This document shows positions 18,107-25,744 of a stretch of DNA of 29,193 nucleotides, one piece after another (position 1 is the stretch's first letter; each line of letters starts with the position of its first letter). The stretch lies in IMG/VR virus record IMGVR_UViG_3300022670_000404, positions 1-29,193 of that record. One strand, 5' to 3'. The DNA is from a virus. Taxonomy: Duplodnaviria > Caudoviricetes. A program made the position numbers and the translations under genes. Under the pieces are notes generated by a model, which did not search any database, was not told where the DNA came from, and saw nothing but the letters and a program-made list of their open reading frames with translations.

Positions 18107-19051
18107 ATGAAAGACGTGCCTACTAAAAATACGGGTGATGAGCTAAGCGCAAATGAATACAGCTTGTGCACGTCGCAAGAATGCCAAAACCAAGTGAAAA
18201 ATACGGGTCAAACGCTCTCTGAGGCCAATCTTGAGCAGCTGACTCAAAGCACTGTGTTGGTTGGCAATAATGCCATCGGCTATGAGGATACGACAGGCGT
18301 GGTAAGCAATAATTATTTATTATCAGTGCGTACTCAGTTTAATAATGTCGCACCTACCTCTCTTTTTAATGGTTTTAATATCTTTTTTGAAGTTGTCAAT
18401 GCTAATACGGGCGATGTCACGCTCAACGTTGAAAGCTTAGGCGTCACGTCGCTTGTTGACTCACAAACCCAACAGCTAGCGGCAGATACGCTTGTGCCTA
18501 ATACCACGAACTATGCTTTTTATGACGGCACTAACTTTGTGTTGGGATTAATCAATGCAACCGATGCAGCGTTTAAGGCGGCTCTTGCTGATCAAGATAT
18601 ATCTACTCAAGGTGATAAGCTTGTGGGGCATACGGGCGAGACTGTTTTTTCAGCGATTAATGCTAGACCAACAAGCACGACGTTATCTGCCAATGGTGGC
18701 GCGGCTTTAATCGGAACGACTTCAAGCGATACGGTGCAAGATGAATTGGATAAAACATTAATCACTATCGCGTTTGGAGGAACTGATAATTCCACTCTTC
18801 TTTTTGGTTCCGGCGTAAGTTTTATCAAAGGAGGTCCTGACCTGGGCATATATGAGTTTACTTTTACAGTCGCAGAGCCCGATACTAATTATATTATACA
18901 GGCAATATCTATTGCAGATGGTGGCGATCAAATGGCTAATGCAGCCTTTAAAACTACAGCAGGATTTACTATACGCACATTTCAGCTCGGGACCGCTATT
19001 CCCATTGATACACTCTTCATTGACTTTACAATATGGCGAGCTAGGTCTTAA
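18107..19051 (+). CDS. Short tail fibre protein
   Basis: Follows gp48. It has a baseplate-anchor-like N-terminus, an 'NTGDVTLNV..LG' domain, a 'GAALIGT...TVQDELD' neck and a C-terminal small beta-sandwich. Confidence 0.7.
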   Translation: MKDVPTKNTGDELSANEYSLCTSQECQNQVKNTGQTLSEANLEQLTQSTVLVGNNAIGYEDTTGVVSNNYLLSVRTQFNNVAPTSLFNGFNIFFEVVNANTGDVTLNVESLGVTSLVDSQTQQLAADTLVPNTTNYAFYDGTNFVLGLINATDAAFKAALADQDISTQGDKLVGHTGETVFSAINARPTSTTLSANGGAALIGTTSSDTVQDELDKTLITIAFGGTDNSTLLFGSGVSFIKGGPDLGIYEFTFTVAEPDTNYIIQAISIADGGDQMANAAFKTTAGFTIRTFQLGTAIPIDTLFIDFTIWRARS

Positions 19052-19614
19052 CTATTCCAAGCGTAAGTATATTCAAATAAATCCACGTCGACAGCAAGAG
19101 AAGCGCTTTTTATGGGGTTTCCGCTATCAACAATAGTTTTGACAGCATTTATAGTTCCTGTGTATAGCTCCACTGTGCTAGGCTGATTTTCAATATATTT
19201 ACCGCCGTAAAAATGAATGGCGTGTGCTTTTATATAATCATTATTGTCAAAAATTCCATAATCAAAATCATCCCCATTGACAGTTAAATATACCTTTCCA
19301 TTGCCTCCACTTGCAATAATTAAGAAATTAGTTTTAGTATCTGATACGAGCTGCCCATCAAACACTCCTTTTAGAATAAATGTTCCTTCAAAAGCGGTTG
19401 TTAGAGAAATATTTTTAAGATATAAATTCCCTGTGTCCGCCTCAAACCAAACTTGTAAGTCATTTACATTGCAAACAAAATAATCCCGATCAAGGTCGGT
19501 CGGCTGAATTAGAACGTGACATTTATATTCAACTGGCTGAGTTGTCGTTTTCGGCTTAGCAAATGTAATGCTTGACACTAAAAGAGAAAAAACAATTATA
19601 CAAATAATCTTCAT
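19048..19614 (-). CDS. Secreted hypothetical protein, paralog A (moron)
   Basis: Signal peptide ending ITFA|KP. AT-rich and antisense to the virion operon. Paralog of 19625-20158. Confidence 0.75.
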   Translation of the reverse strand: MKIICIIVFSLLVSSITFAKPKTTTQPVEYKCHVLIQPTDLDRDYFVCNVNDLQVWFEADTGNLYLKNISLTTAFEGTFILKGVFDGQLVSDTKTNFLIIASGGNGKVYLTVNGDDFDYGIFDNNDYIKAHAIHFYGGKYIENQPSTVELYTGTINAVKTIVDSGNPIKSASLAVDVDLFEYTYAWNS

Positions 19615-19624
19615 ATTACACCCT

Positions 19625-20158
19625 TTAATTATTTATTGAATAAGAAGAATAAAAAATATCTACATTAACAACAAGCGATGAATTTAGATCGGCTCCTGTT
19701 TTATAAGCTTTAATATCACCTGTATAGTTCAAAATGACGTTCCCAGTGCCATAACTGTTTATATTCATAGCATCTACATCCATAGAATCTTGGCTGTGCA
19801 TCATCCCATCACGATTATCAAACCCATTAGTTGTTAAATAAAAATTAACTGCTTGATCAAAAGTAATTTGTTTTACATAAGTATGAGGGATAATTTGACC
19901 ATTAAATACGCCGCTAATAAAATAAGAGGCTGTAAAATGAATTTGTGAATTAGCTATAATATAAAGTGTTCCCGTGTTTGCTTTATATAGAACCGCTAAA
20001 TCTTTCACATTACACAAAAAATAATCAGCATCGTAATCAGTGGGCTGAATTGTGACATGACATGTGTATTCGATGGGGACTACAGAGCTTGGCTTAGCAA
20101 ATGCGGGGGTGATGAGTGTCAGCATGAAGCTAAAAAGAATAATTGACATGATACGCAT
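19625..20158 (-). CDS. Secreted hypothetical protein, paralog B (moron)
   Basis: Signal peptide ending AFA|KP. Shares 'P.EY.CHV.IQPTD.D.DYF.CNV.DL.V...A.TG.LY' with paralog A. GAGG RBS. Confidence 0.75.
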   Translation of the reverse strand: MRIMSIILFSFMLTLITPAFAKPSSVVPIEYTCHVTIQPTDYDADYFLCNVKDLAVLYKANTGTLYIIANSQIHFTASYFISGVFNGQIIPHTYVKQITFDQAVNFYLTTNGFDNRDGMMHSQDSMDVDAMNINSYGTGNVILNYTGDIKAYKTGADLNSSLVVNVDIFYSSYSINN

Positions 20159-20368
20159 AGGGATTACCTCTTTTATAATTATTATTTAACATAAGCCGCG
20201 AGTTACGGAAATAACAACAAGCAAAAACCTACGCTCGCTGCTTATGAATGCACCAGAAATATATAAATGATTTAAAGCCATAGCTTCAGGCGCAAGCCTC
20301 GCATCAAAAACATATTCTATGCTTATTAGAGCATGGAAAGGTGAGGATGTCCAGGATTATTATTTGAT

Positions 20369-20440
20369 TGTCTCCGACGGGAGTTGAACCCATGTTAACG
20401 CCGTGAAAGGGCGCTGTCCTAACCACTAGACGACGGAGAC
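20369..20440 (-). tRNA. tRNA-Glu (anticodon TTC), CCA not encoded
   Basis: The minus strand reads GTCTCCG-TC-GTCTAGTGGTTAGGAC-A-GCGCC-CTTTCAC-GGCGT-TAAC-ATGGG-TTCAACT-CCCGT-CGGAGAC-A, a full cloverleaf with a perfect 7-bp acceptor stem. Confidence 0.93.
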
Positions 20441-20472
20441 ATTATACCTGATCGAATTCGACCAGTTATAGA

Positions 20473-20489
20473 AGTGCGGACTCCGCACT
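20473..20489. repeat. Perfect 8-bp inverted repeat in the tRNA leader region
   Basis: AGTGCGGA-C-TCCGCACT. A second near-palindrome, CTGATCGAATTCGACCAG, lies at 20448-20465. Confidence 0.6.
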
Positions 20490-20537
20490 AAGGATAGCCA
20501 GCTACTCATTAACTTTCCTTGATACCTTATATTGCAA

Positions 20538-20552
20538 TGTTATACTATAACA
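20538..20552. promoter_or_regulatory. Palindromic operator, copy 5 (Zur-box-like), in a divergent intergenic region
   Basis: GCAA-TGTTATA-C-TATAACA has a perfect core and lies between tRNA-Glu (-) and the 1024-aa gene (+). Confidence 0.8.
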
Positions 20553-20575
20553 AATAAATCAACTGAGGCGAGAGC

Positions 20576-23500
20576 ATGGCAAGTTTTAAAAAATTACCTG
20601 ATACAACGCTGAAAGTCGGCGCTACAACCGATGTCGATGGCGTAGGTGGCTTAGATGGTAACAGTGCTAATGTCACTGATAACTTCACTGACCCAACCAC
20701 TGACGGCGCTCTAGCGCCAAAAAGCTATGTCGACACAGCCGACGCCACAAAAATAACAGGCGTGGGATCTGCTGTCGTCGGTAATCTTATTCAAGCTGAT
20801 GATACCGGACTAACTCAAGTCTCTGACAGTGGCTTTTCCCCGAGTGATTTTATAAGCGCTCAGCCAGTTACTACCAATGAATTGCTTAAATCGGCCACTG
20901 AGACTGGCGAAAGCTTTGAAGGTATTGATGTATTTTCGCCTGCAGCTCGACGCATGACAAGCGACTTTTCAAATCTACATAATTATAACTCAATTGATAT
21001 TGGAGGAGGTAAGAAGGCGAATGGAATGATAGAAGGAAGAGATAATTTGGTATTTTTCCTTGATAGAGATGGCGACTCGATTACAGCATACCGACGCAAA
21101 GAAAATGGAGAGTTAGGATCTTCTCTCGATATAATAAGCGATGGGGATGATTTAGAGGGCGTGATAGCGGGTGTCGCCGATGATAATTTTCTCTATGTAG
21201 TGGCCCGAGAAGGTCAGAATGTAACAAAAGTAGATTATTCGCTATTGTTGGAAAATGGTAGTATGTCGGTAGCGCTTACTAATTCATTGGGAGGACAACC
21301 CCTTGGGATAGATAAAGATTCGCGGGGAAATATTTATGTAGGATTGACAACAGGCACTAATCGATTAAAGATATTTGACAGCACTTTAACTCTTATTAAT
21401 GAAATTGCGGTGACCGATGGGGGTAATGGGGTAGCCATTGGAGAAGACGAGAGGGGAGATGTGTTTTGCGCGGTAACAGGAGGCGGTTCGTCAGTTGATT
21501 TTATTAATGTAACGGATACGGCACTCCTTGTTACTATGGGGACTTATACGAATACTCAAGGCTATTTTACGCAAGGTCGCGCCATTGATGTTAATGCTTC
21601 AAAAAATATTATTTATATTATTAGTCAAGGTGGAGTTAGTCTATTCATCACCTTAAAATACACGCTTACCTATGCCGGCGGGAAAGCGACGACGGCTACT
21701 TTTGATGATACGACACGATTATTTAATGATTTTTTTGAGACGAGCCCATTAATGACTCGGCGCGGCGATGTATTATATTTAACGTGTAAGACGGGGGTAG
21801 GTGAAAATGGCAATAAAGGCGGTATTGCTGTTATTAATACGCGTGGCGATATCAATGCGTCCGCTTCTATGACAACGAATGCCACGGGAGAGCCAGGAGA
21901 GTTTGCACTAGAGAATGATGGGTCGTATAGAATTTCCATGGACGGCGTTCAACAAGATATTTTGGGTAATAATTTTACGGGTTTCACTACATTCGCTGAG
22001 ATTCAGGCGGAACTTCAAACACGATTGCAAATTTCTTTTCCTAATGCGAGAGTGGTCAATGTATCAATTGATGAGTTTAATACCAGATTTTCCTTTATAA
22101 GTGGGACTACAGGCGAGAGTTCAAGTGTCTCTGTTTTATCGACGGCAGCCTCTGGCACTGATATATCAGGAAGTGTCTTTCTCAATGGCACAGATGGTGC
22201 ATTATTTTCAGTGAGTGACCCTATTTTTATTGAGGGATTTACCCCCGTTACCACTGATTATAATAATACAGTAGAAGAAGGATTGCCAATTGGAAACCAA
22301 CTGTATATTGCTAATATAAAGGATGTTAACACACATGCGTGGGCAGATATTATCCAACATGAATTGCCCCAAATTACGAGTAGCTATGTTAATTCTACGG
22401 TGCTTGAGACGCATAATTTAATCATTAATAGTGACATACAAGTCGAAAAATTGCCGATTAAATTCCTGAAACAAGTAGGGACGGTAGGCGTTCAATCGCG
22501 CCAAACGGGTTTGCTGAACATGGGCGAACCTAATTTGCGGCCTGTTTTTACAGGGACGTTTACCTCCGTTGGAACAGCGGTCACCGTTACAAGTGTTGAT
22601 CATTTATTAACGAATGGCGATGTGGTTTTAATTTTGCCTCCTGTTGATGCGGCTTATCAAGGTGTCTTCGTGATTACCGTTAGCACTCCTGATATTTTTA
22701 CTTACACAGTGCTTTCAGCTCCTGGCCCACAAGGCGAGACGGGAGGCATTTATCACAACCAAAGCGTGAATATTCCTGGTGGAAATGGTTTGGTTGTCGA
22801 CACAAGCGACCCTAACCAAATAAAAGAATTTCTCGTAAAATGGGAGACACAGGATTATTCCCCAACAACCCTCACCACTCAAATTGCTAAAAAGATATTT
22901 TTTGATAAAAATGGTGTCATTGGTCAGAAAGATGATGTCGACTGGACGGACGAAGATCGACGTGATTTTATTGTTGTGTGCATTATCTTGGCAGGGCTTC
23001 CAAATATCATCACTTCTATCAGGCCTACGCCTGATGAAACTTCCTATGCCAACCAAGAAACATGTGATCTAACAGATTCAAGTTTTGTCGGTGGCGTCCA
23101 AGGAATGCGACTCACAGGAAATGCCGATCTTACTTTCTCAATCGGTGAAGGCATTCTAAATAAGCCTAATCTTAATTATCATAACAGCAAAAAAGCACCT
23201 CATAATGTATCTATTGCTGAGAATCTCACGCCTTTCTTTTCCTACGGACAACAAGCACTTGCCAGTGATTTTATCGCCGTGGATAATAATGGGGGTAATT
23301 TTTATAACTCTGTTATCCCTGGTATGTGGGATAATGTAGGCGTGTTAACAACAGTAGCCTCGAATATGTGGACAGTACAGCCTATCTTTACCACAGATGC
23401 GTTCAGCGGCATTACAACTTTGCGTGATCTCATCATTTGTTACGGACAGCGTGAATATAATACGCTGGCAGACGCGGTTGCCGCCGTTCCAACCTTAGAA

Positions 23501-23650
23501 TTTAACGCGCAAGTGCCTTTAATGGATTTATTCTTAGTTGGATTTTTTGTGATGAAGAATAGTACAACTGATTTAACGAGTTCCGAGGTAGCTTTATTGC
23601 GCGCTTTAAGTCGTAATTACTATAACTGGCGACAGTTTGATCAAATTTAG
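20576..23650 (+). CDS. Large multidomain virion appendage / receptor-binding protein
   Basis: N-terminal fibre-type motif 'PTTDGALAPKSYVD', a beta-propeller-like middle, an inserted sheath-like domain, an FCCH-like domain and a C-terminal 'PGMWDN.G.L..V....WTVQ...YGQ..Y..L' domain. Confidence 0.6.
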   Translation: MASFKKLPDTTLKVGATTDVDGVGGLDGNSANVTDNFTDPTTDGALAPKSYVDTADATKITGVGSAVVGNLIQADDTGLTQVSDSGFSPSDFISAQPVTTNELLKSATETGESFEGIDVFSPAARRMTSDFSNLHNYNSIDIGGGKKANGMIEGRDNLVFFLDRDGDSITAYRRKENGELGSSLDIISDGDDLEGVIAGVADDNFLYVVAREGQNVTKVDYSLLLENGSMSVALTNSLGGQPLGIDKDSRGNIYVGLTTGTNRLKIFDSTLTLINEIAVTDGGNGVAIGEDERGDVFCAVTGGGSSVDFINVTDTALLVTMGTYTNTQGYFTQGRAIDVNASKNIIYIISQGGVSLFITLKYTLTYAGGKATTATFDDTTRLFNDFFETSPLMTRRGDVLYLTCKTGVGENGNKGGIAVINTRGDINASASMTTNATGEPGEFALENDGSYRISMDGVQQDILGNNFTGFTTFAEIQAELQTRLQISFPNARVVNVSIDEFNTRFSFISGTTGESSSVSVLSTAASGTDISGSVFLNGTDGALFSVSDPIFIEGFTPVTTDYNNTVEEGLPIGNQLYIANIKDVNTHAWADIIQHELPQITSSYVNSTVLETHNLIINSDIQVEKLPIKFLKQVGTVGVQSRQTGLLNMGEPNLRPVFTGTFTSVGTAVTVTSVDHLLTNGDVVLILPPVDAAYQGVFVITVSTPDIFTYTVLSAPGPQGETGGIYHNQSVNIPGGNGLVVDTSDPNQIKEFLVKWETQDYSPTTLTTQIAKKIFFDKNGVIGQKDDVDWTDEDRRDFIVVCIILAGLPNIITSIRPTPDETSYANQETCDLTDSSFVGGVQGMRLTGNADLTFSIGEGILNKPNLNYHNSKKAPHNVSIAENLTPFFSYGQQALASDFIAVDNNGGNFYNSVIPGMWDNVGVLTTVASNMWTVQPIFTTDAFSGITTLRDLIICYGQREYNTLADAVAAVPTLEFNAQVPLMDLFLVGFFVMKNSTTDLTSSEVALLRALSRNYYNWRQFDQI

Positions 23651-23849
23651 AGGCTTGTTATGAAAGAATGGTTAGGTAATAATGTTGTGATTTGCACATA
23701 GACTTTAGTCAGTTATATTAGCAATCTCAATTAAATAACAAGCAGCATTAACGGTAGATCGAATCGTTGCAGCAAACACCGCTGTTCTAGCCTTGATTAC
23801 TAAAAAATAGTATAATACTGTCGTATCCTAATACTAAAAGAGGTAAGTT

Positions 23850-24224
23850 ATGTCAGAAACCATCAATATTGATTTAAGCACAAAGCAAGCCGCGCTTGTC
23901 ATAGATCGCGTTGTTGAAGAAATGAATAAGCTGCTTGGCGAGCCCCACTATCAGAATTTAGAAAGCACCGAAAGAGGCATTGAGACGGCGACATTGGGGA
24001 ACAGCCCCGAACAATGCCATGGGCAGTGGTGTGCTCAACGCCGAATGGAAGGTTGGAAATATGGCGAAGTTAAAAGCAAAGACGCATTAACCCATCCTTG
24101 CCTTGTACCGTATGATAAGTTACCTGTTCAGCAAAAAATGAAAGATTGTGTGATGATAGCTATTGGTCGCTTAGTGAGCGACAGACAAATATTAGATAAA
24201 CTCCCGATAAAATCGGCGAGTTGA
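23850..24224 (+). CDS. RyR-domain protein
   Basis: 'HGQWCAQRRMEGWKYGEVK....THPCLVPYDKLP..QKMKD' is the ryanodine-receptor repeat motif, common in phages. GAGG RBS. Confidence 0.88.
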   Translation: MSETINIDLSTKQAALVIDRVVEEMNKLLGEPHYQNLESTERGIETATLGNSPEQCHGQWCAQRRMEGWKYGEVKSKDALTHPCLVPYDKLPVQQKMKDCVMIAIGRLVSDRQILDKLPIKSAS

Positions 24225-24256
24225 AGCGTACGGTATAATCGTACAGTTGAATTAAC

Positions 24257-24595
24257 ATGAAAACACTGCTTATCATCATACTGCTCACGATAGCGCCCTT
24301 ATCAGGCTGCTCCTGGGTAGCTTCCACAGCGACTAAGATGTTGCAGGGCAAGGATGGGCCATCACTCACCGTTAATGCTGCTAATAAGACGCACACCAAG
24401 TTTACGGGCGCATCTTCAGAACAGAACTTCAAAAGCAATCATGGTCAAGTATCACACGGTGATATTTTAAATAATCCTGTCTACGTTGAATGCCGCCCGT
24501 GGCTTCTGTTGATCTTGTGTGTTATCTGCTTATGGATTGAACGTCCGCATATTTTGTGGCGGAAGTGGCGTAGGAAGCGTAAGAAGAGAGGATGA
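24257..24595 (+). CDS. Putative unimolecular spanin (u-spanin)
   Basis: Lipobox LSG-C at the N-terminus plus a C-terminal hydrophobic segment and basic tail, the T1 gp11 architecture. Confidence 0.72.
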   Translation: MKTLLIIILLTIAPLSGCSWVASTATKMLQGKDGPSLTVNAANKTHTKFTGASSEQNFKSNHGQVSHGDILNNPVYVECRPWLLLILCVICLWIERPHILWRKWRRKRKKRG

Positions 24596-24605
24596 CAGCC
24601 AATTA

Positions 24606-24923
24606 TTAGCTTGTTTCCTCATTTTTTACCATTTCAGTTGCTTCTATAAAAAAACATTGCCCAAGTTTATTGCCATATTTTCTATGTAATTTAAAATATA
24701 AAAATTCTTTTATATCCGCATTTTTCATCTCATTTTTTGAGTGGGGGTAGGGATCTAATAATGAAAAGCGAGAGTCTAATGGCGACGTTTTTGAACAATA
24801 TTCATCTCGTAACTTTTTATTATATTCGAGATCATAAAATAGTTCTTTCTTCTCTTGACGCTTAAATATCCCAACGCCTTTGTTAATAATCGCGTGACAC
24901 ACATAGCCTTTAATTTGTTTCAT
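24606..24923 (-). CDS. Hypothetical protein
   Basis: ATGA overlap with the upstream gene and a GGAGG RBS. No recognisable motif. Confidence 0.6.
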   Translation of the reverse strand: MKQIKGYVCHAIINKGVGIFKRQEKKELFYDLEYNKKLRDEYCSKTSPLDSRFSLLDPYPHSKNEMKNADIKEFLYFKLHRKYGNKLGQCFFIEATEMVKNEETS

Positions 24924-25165
24924 TCCTTATCCTCCATTGCCGCCTTGACGAGCCTGTCAAATTCCTTGTCTCGGGCTTTTTCTGCATTGTATTCCAACAT
25001 TATATTAAATGAGTCACCCCCCTGAATCTCTATATCATAGGTAGCAATTATCCCACCATCTTCATATGCCTCATGCGATGCTTTATTAAAAGAAGCTATA
25101 CTATCTAAATTAATATAAATAGGATGACTACGATCACTACTATTTATTTCAATAAAATTACTCAT
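24920..25165 (-). CDS. Hypothetical protein (weak FlbD-like N-terminus)
   Basis: 'FIEI......IYINLDSIASF' pattern and a GAGG RBS. Confidence 0.6.
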   Translation of the reverse strand: MSNFIEINSSDRSHPIYINLDSIASFNKASHEAYEDGGIIATYDIEIQGGDSFNIMLEYNAEKARDKEFDRLVKAAMEDKE

Positions 25166-25195
25166 TGTTTACACCTCTAACTTCAAATCATCAAG

Positions 25196-25236
25196 CAAAA
25201 GAGCGCTCCACTAACGAGAATAAATGAGAGCGCTCT
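25196..25236 (-). terminator. Possible intrinsic terminator/hairpin downstream of csrA
   Basis: AGAGCGCTC (25200-25208) pairs with GAGCGCTCT (25228-25236) around a 19-nt loop, followed by a short T run on the minus strand. Confidence 0.4.
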
Positions 25237-25245
25237 AATTGCCAC

Positions 25246-25500
25246 TTACTTATTATCTTTCGACTTTCCTTCTTGATTGATAATTAAAAATCCACCATCG
25301 TTAATAACGAGACGGCCATTTTCTAAATTCCCCTCACCTCTCTTGATCCGGTTAAAAATCTCTTCTCGGTGAATGGATATGTCGCGCGGCGCTTCAATGC
25401 CTAACTTGACCTCTCCATCACTAAGCCTTAAAATTTTAACTTTAATTTGTCCATCTCCAAATATAATGGACTCCTGCTCTCTTCTAGTTATCACCAACAT
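25246..25500 (-). CDS. csrA: Carbon storage regulator CsrA/RsmA homolog
   Basis: 'MLVITRR..ESI.FG...V.I......VKLGIEAPRDISIHREEI' is the canonical family pattern. AAGGAG lies 8 nt before ATG 25500. Confidence 0.93.
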   Translation of the reverse strand: MLVITRREQESIIFGDGQIKVKILRLSDGEVKLGIEAPRDISIHREEIFNRIKRGEGNLENGRLVINDGGFLIINQEGKSKDNK

Positions 25501-25596
25501 AATCATTTCTCCTTATGTCAATTATCACACCTTTATAAATTCAAAGCTGACGGCGTGTAAATCAGCTTAGAATATGTTACGGTTTAAATTCAATGA

Positions 25597-25612
25597 GGTT
25601 TCATGTGAAACC
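25597..25612. promoter_or_regulatory. parS-like palindrome
   Basis: GGTTTCATGTGAAACC versus the chromosomal parS consensus TGTTNCACGTGAAACA gives 13/14 in the inner core. It is intergenic. Confidence 0.6.
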
Positions 25613-25613
25613 A

Positions 25614-25736
25614 TTAAAAATAAATTAAATAACTTGCCATAATTATCAGCCTTGATTGAGACTGCTCCTTTGCGTAATAGGCAGCTATAACTTGCCCGTA
25701 CGGTATCTCGACAGGCCTTTTTCTTTTTCGTTTCAT
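25614..25736 (-). CDS. Small hypothetical protein (40 aa)
   Basis: Translates as MKRKRKRPVEIPYGQVIAAYYAKEQSQSRLIIMASYLIYF. It has AGGGG upstream and follows the HTH-like gene. Confidence 0.4.
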   Translation of the reverse strand: MKRKRKRPVEIPYGQVIAAYYAKEQSQSRLIIMASYLIYF

Positions 25737-25744
25737 TCCGTCCC

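Noticed and set aside
8266-19051. Tailocin / extracellular contractile injection system
   Set aside because: The tail genes are contiguous with portal, protease, capsid and recombination genes, so this is a phage.
1-19051. HK97-type head joined to a Mu-like contractile tail as a novelty
   Set aside because: This module combination is already known among temperate myoviruses.
20330-20360. Cluster of three GGA motifs (ATGGA, GAGGA, CAGGA) as a possible CsrA-sponging sRNA
   Set aside because: There are only three motifs, with no clear hairpins, promoter or terminator on that strand, so it is compatible with chance.
23660-23701. 13-aa ORF (MKEWLGNNVVICT) with a GAGG RBS after the 1024-aa gene
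   Set aside because: Too short to support. Reading through the TAG adds only about ten codons, so there is no evidence for recoding; it may be a gene remnant.
23711-23725. AGTTATATTAGCAAT as another operator copy
   Set aside because: Only the left half matches, in an AT-rich context.
25544-25568. AAGCTGA...TCAGCTT hairpin upstream of csrA as a terminator
   Set aside because: The 7-bp stem is weak, with an 11-nt loop and no convincing U-tract, so its function cannot be supported.
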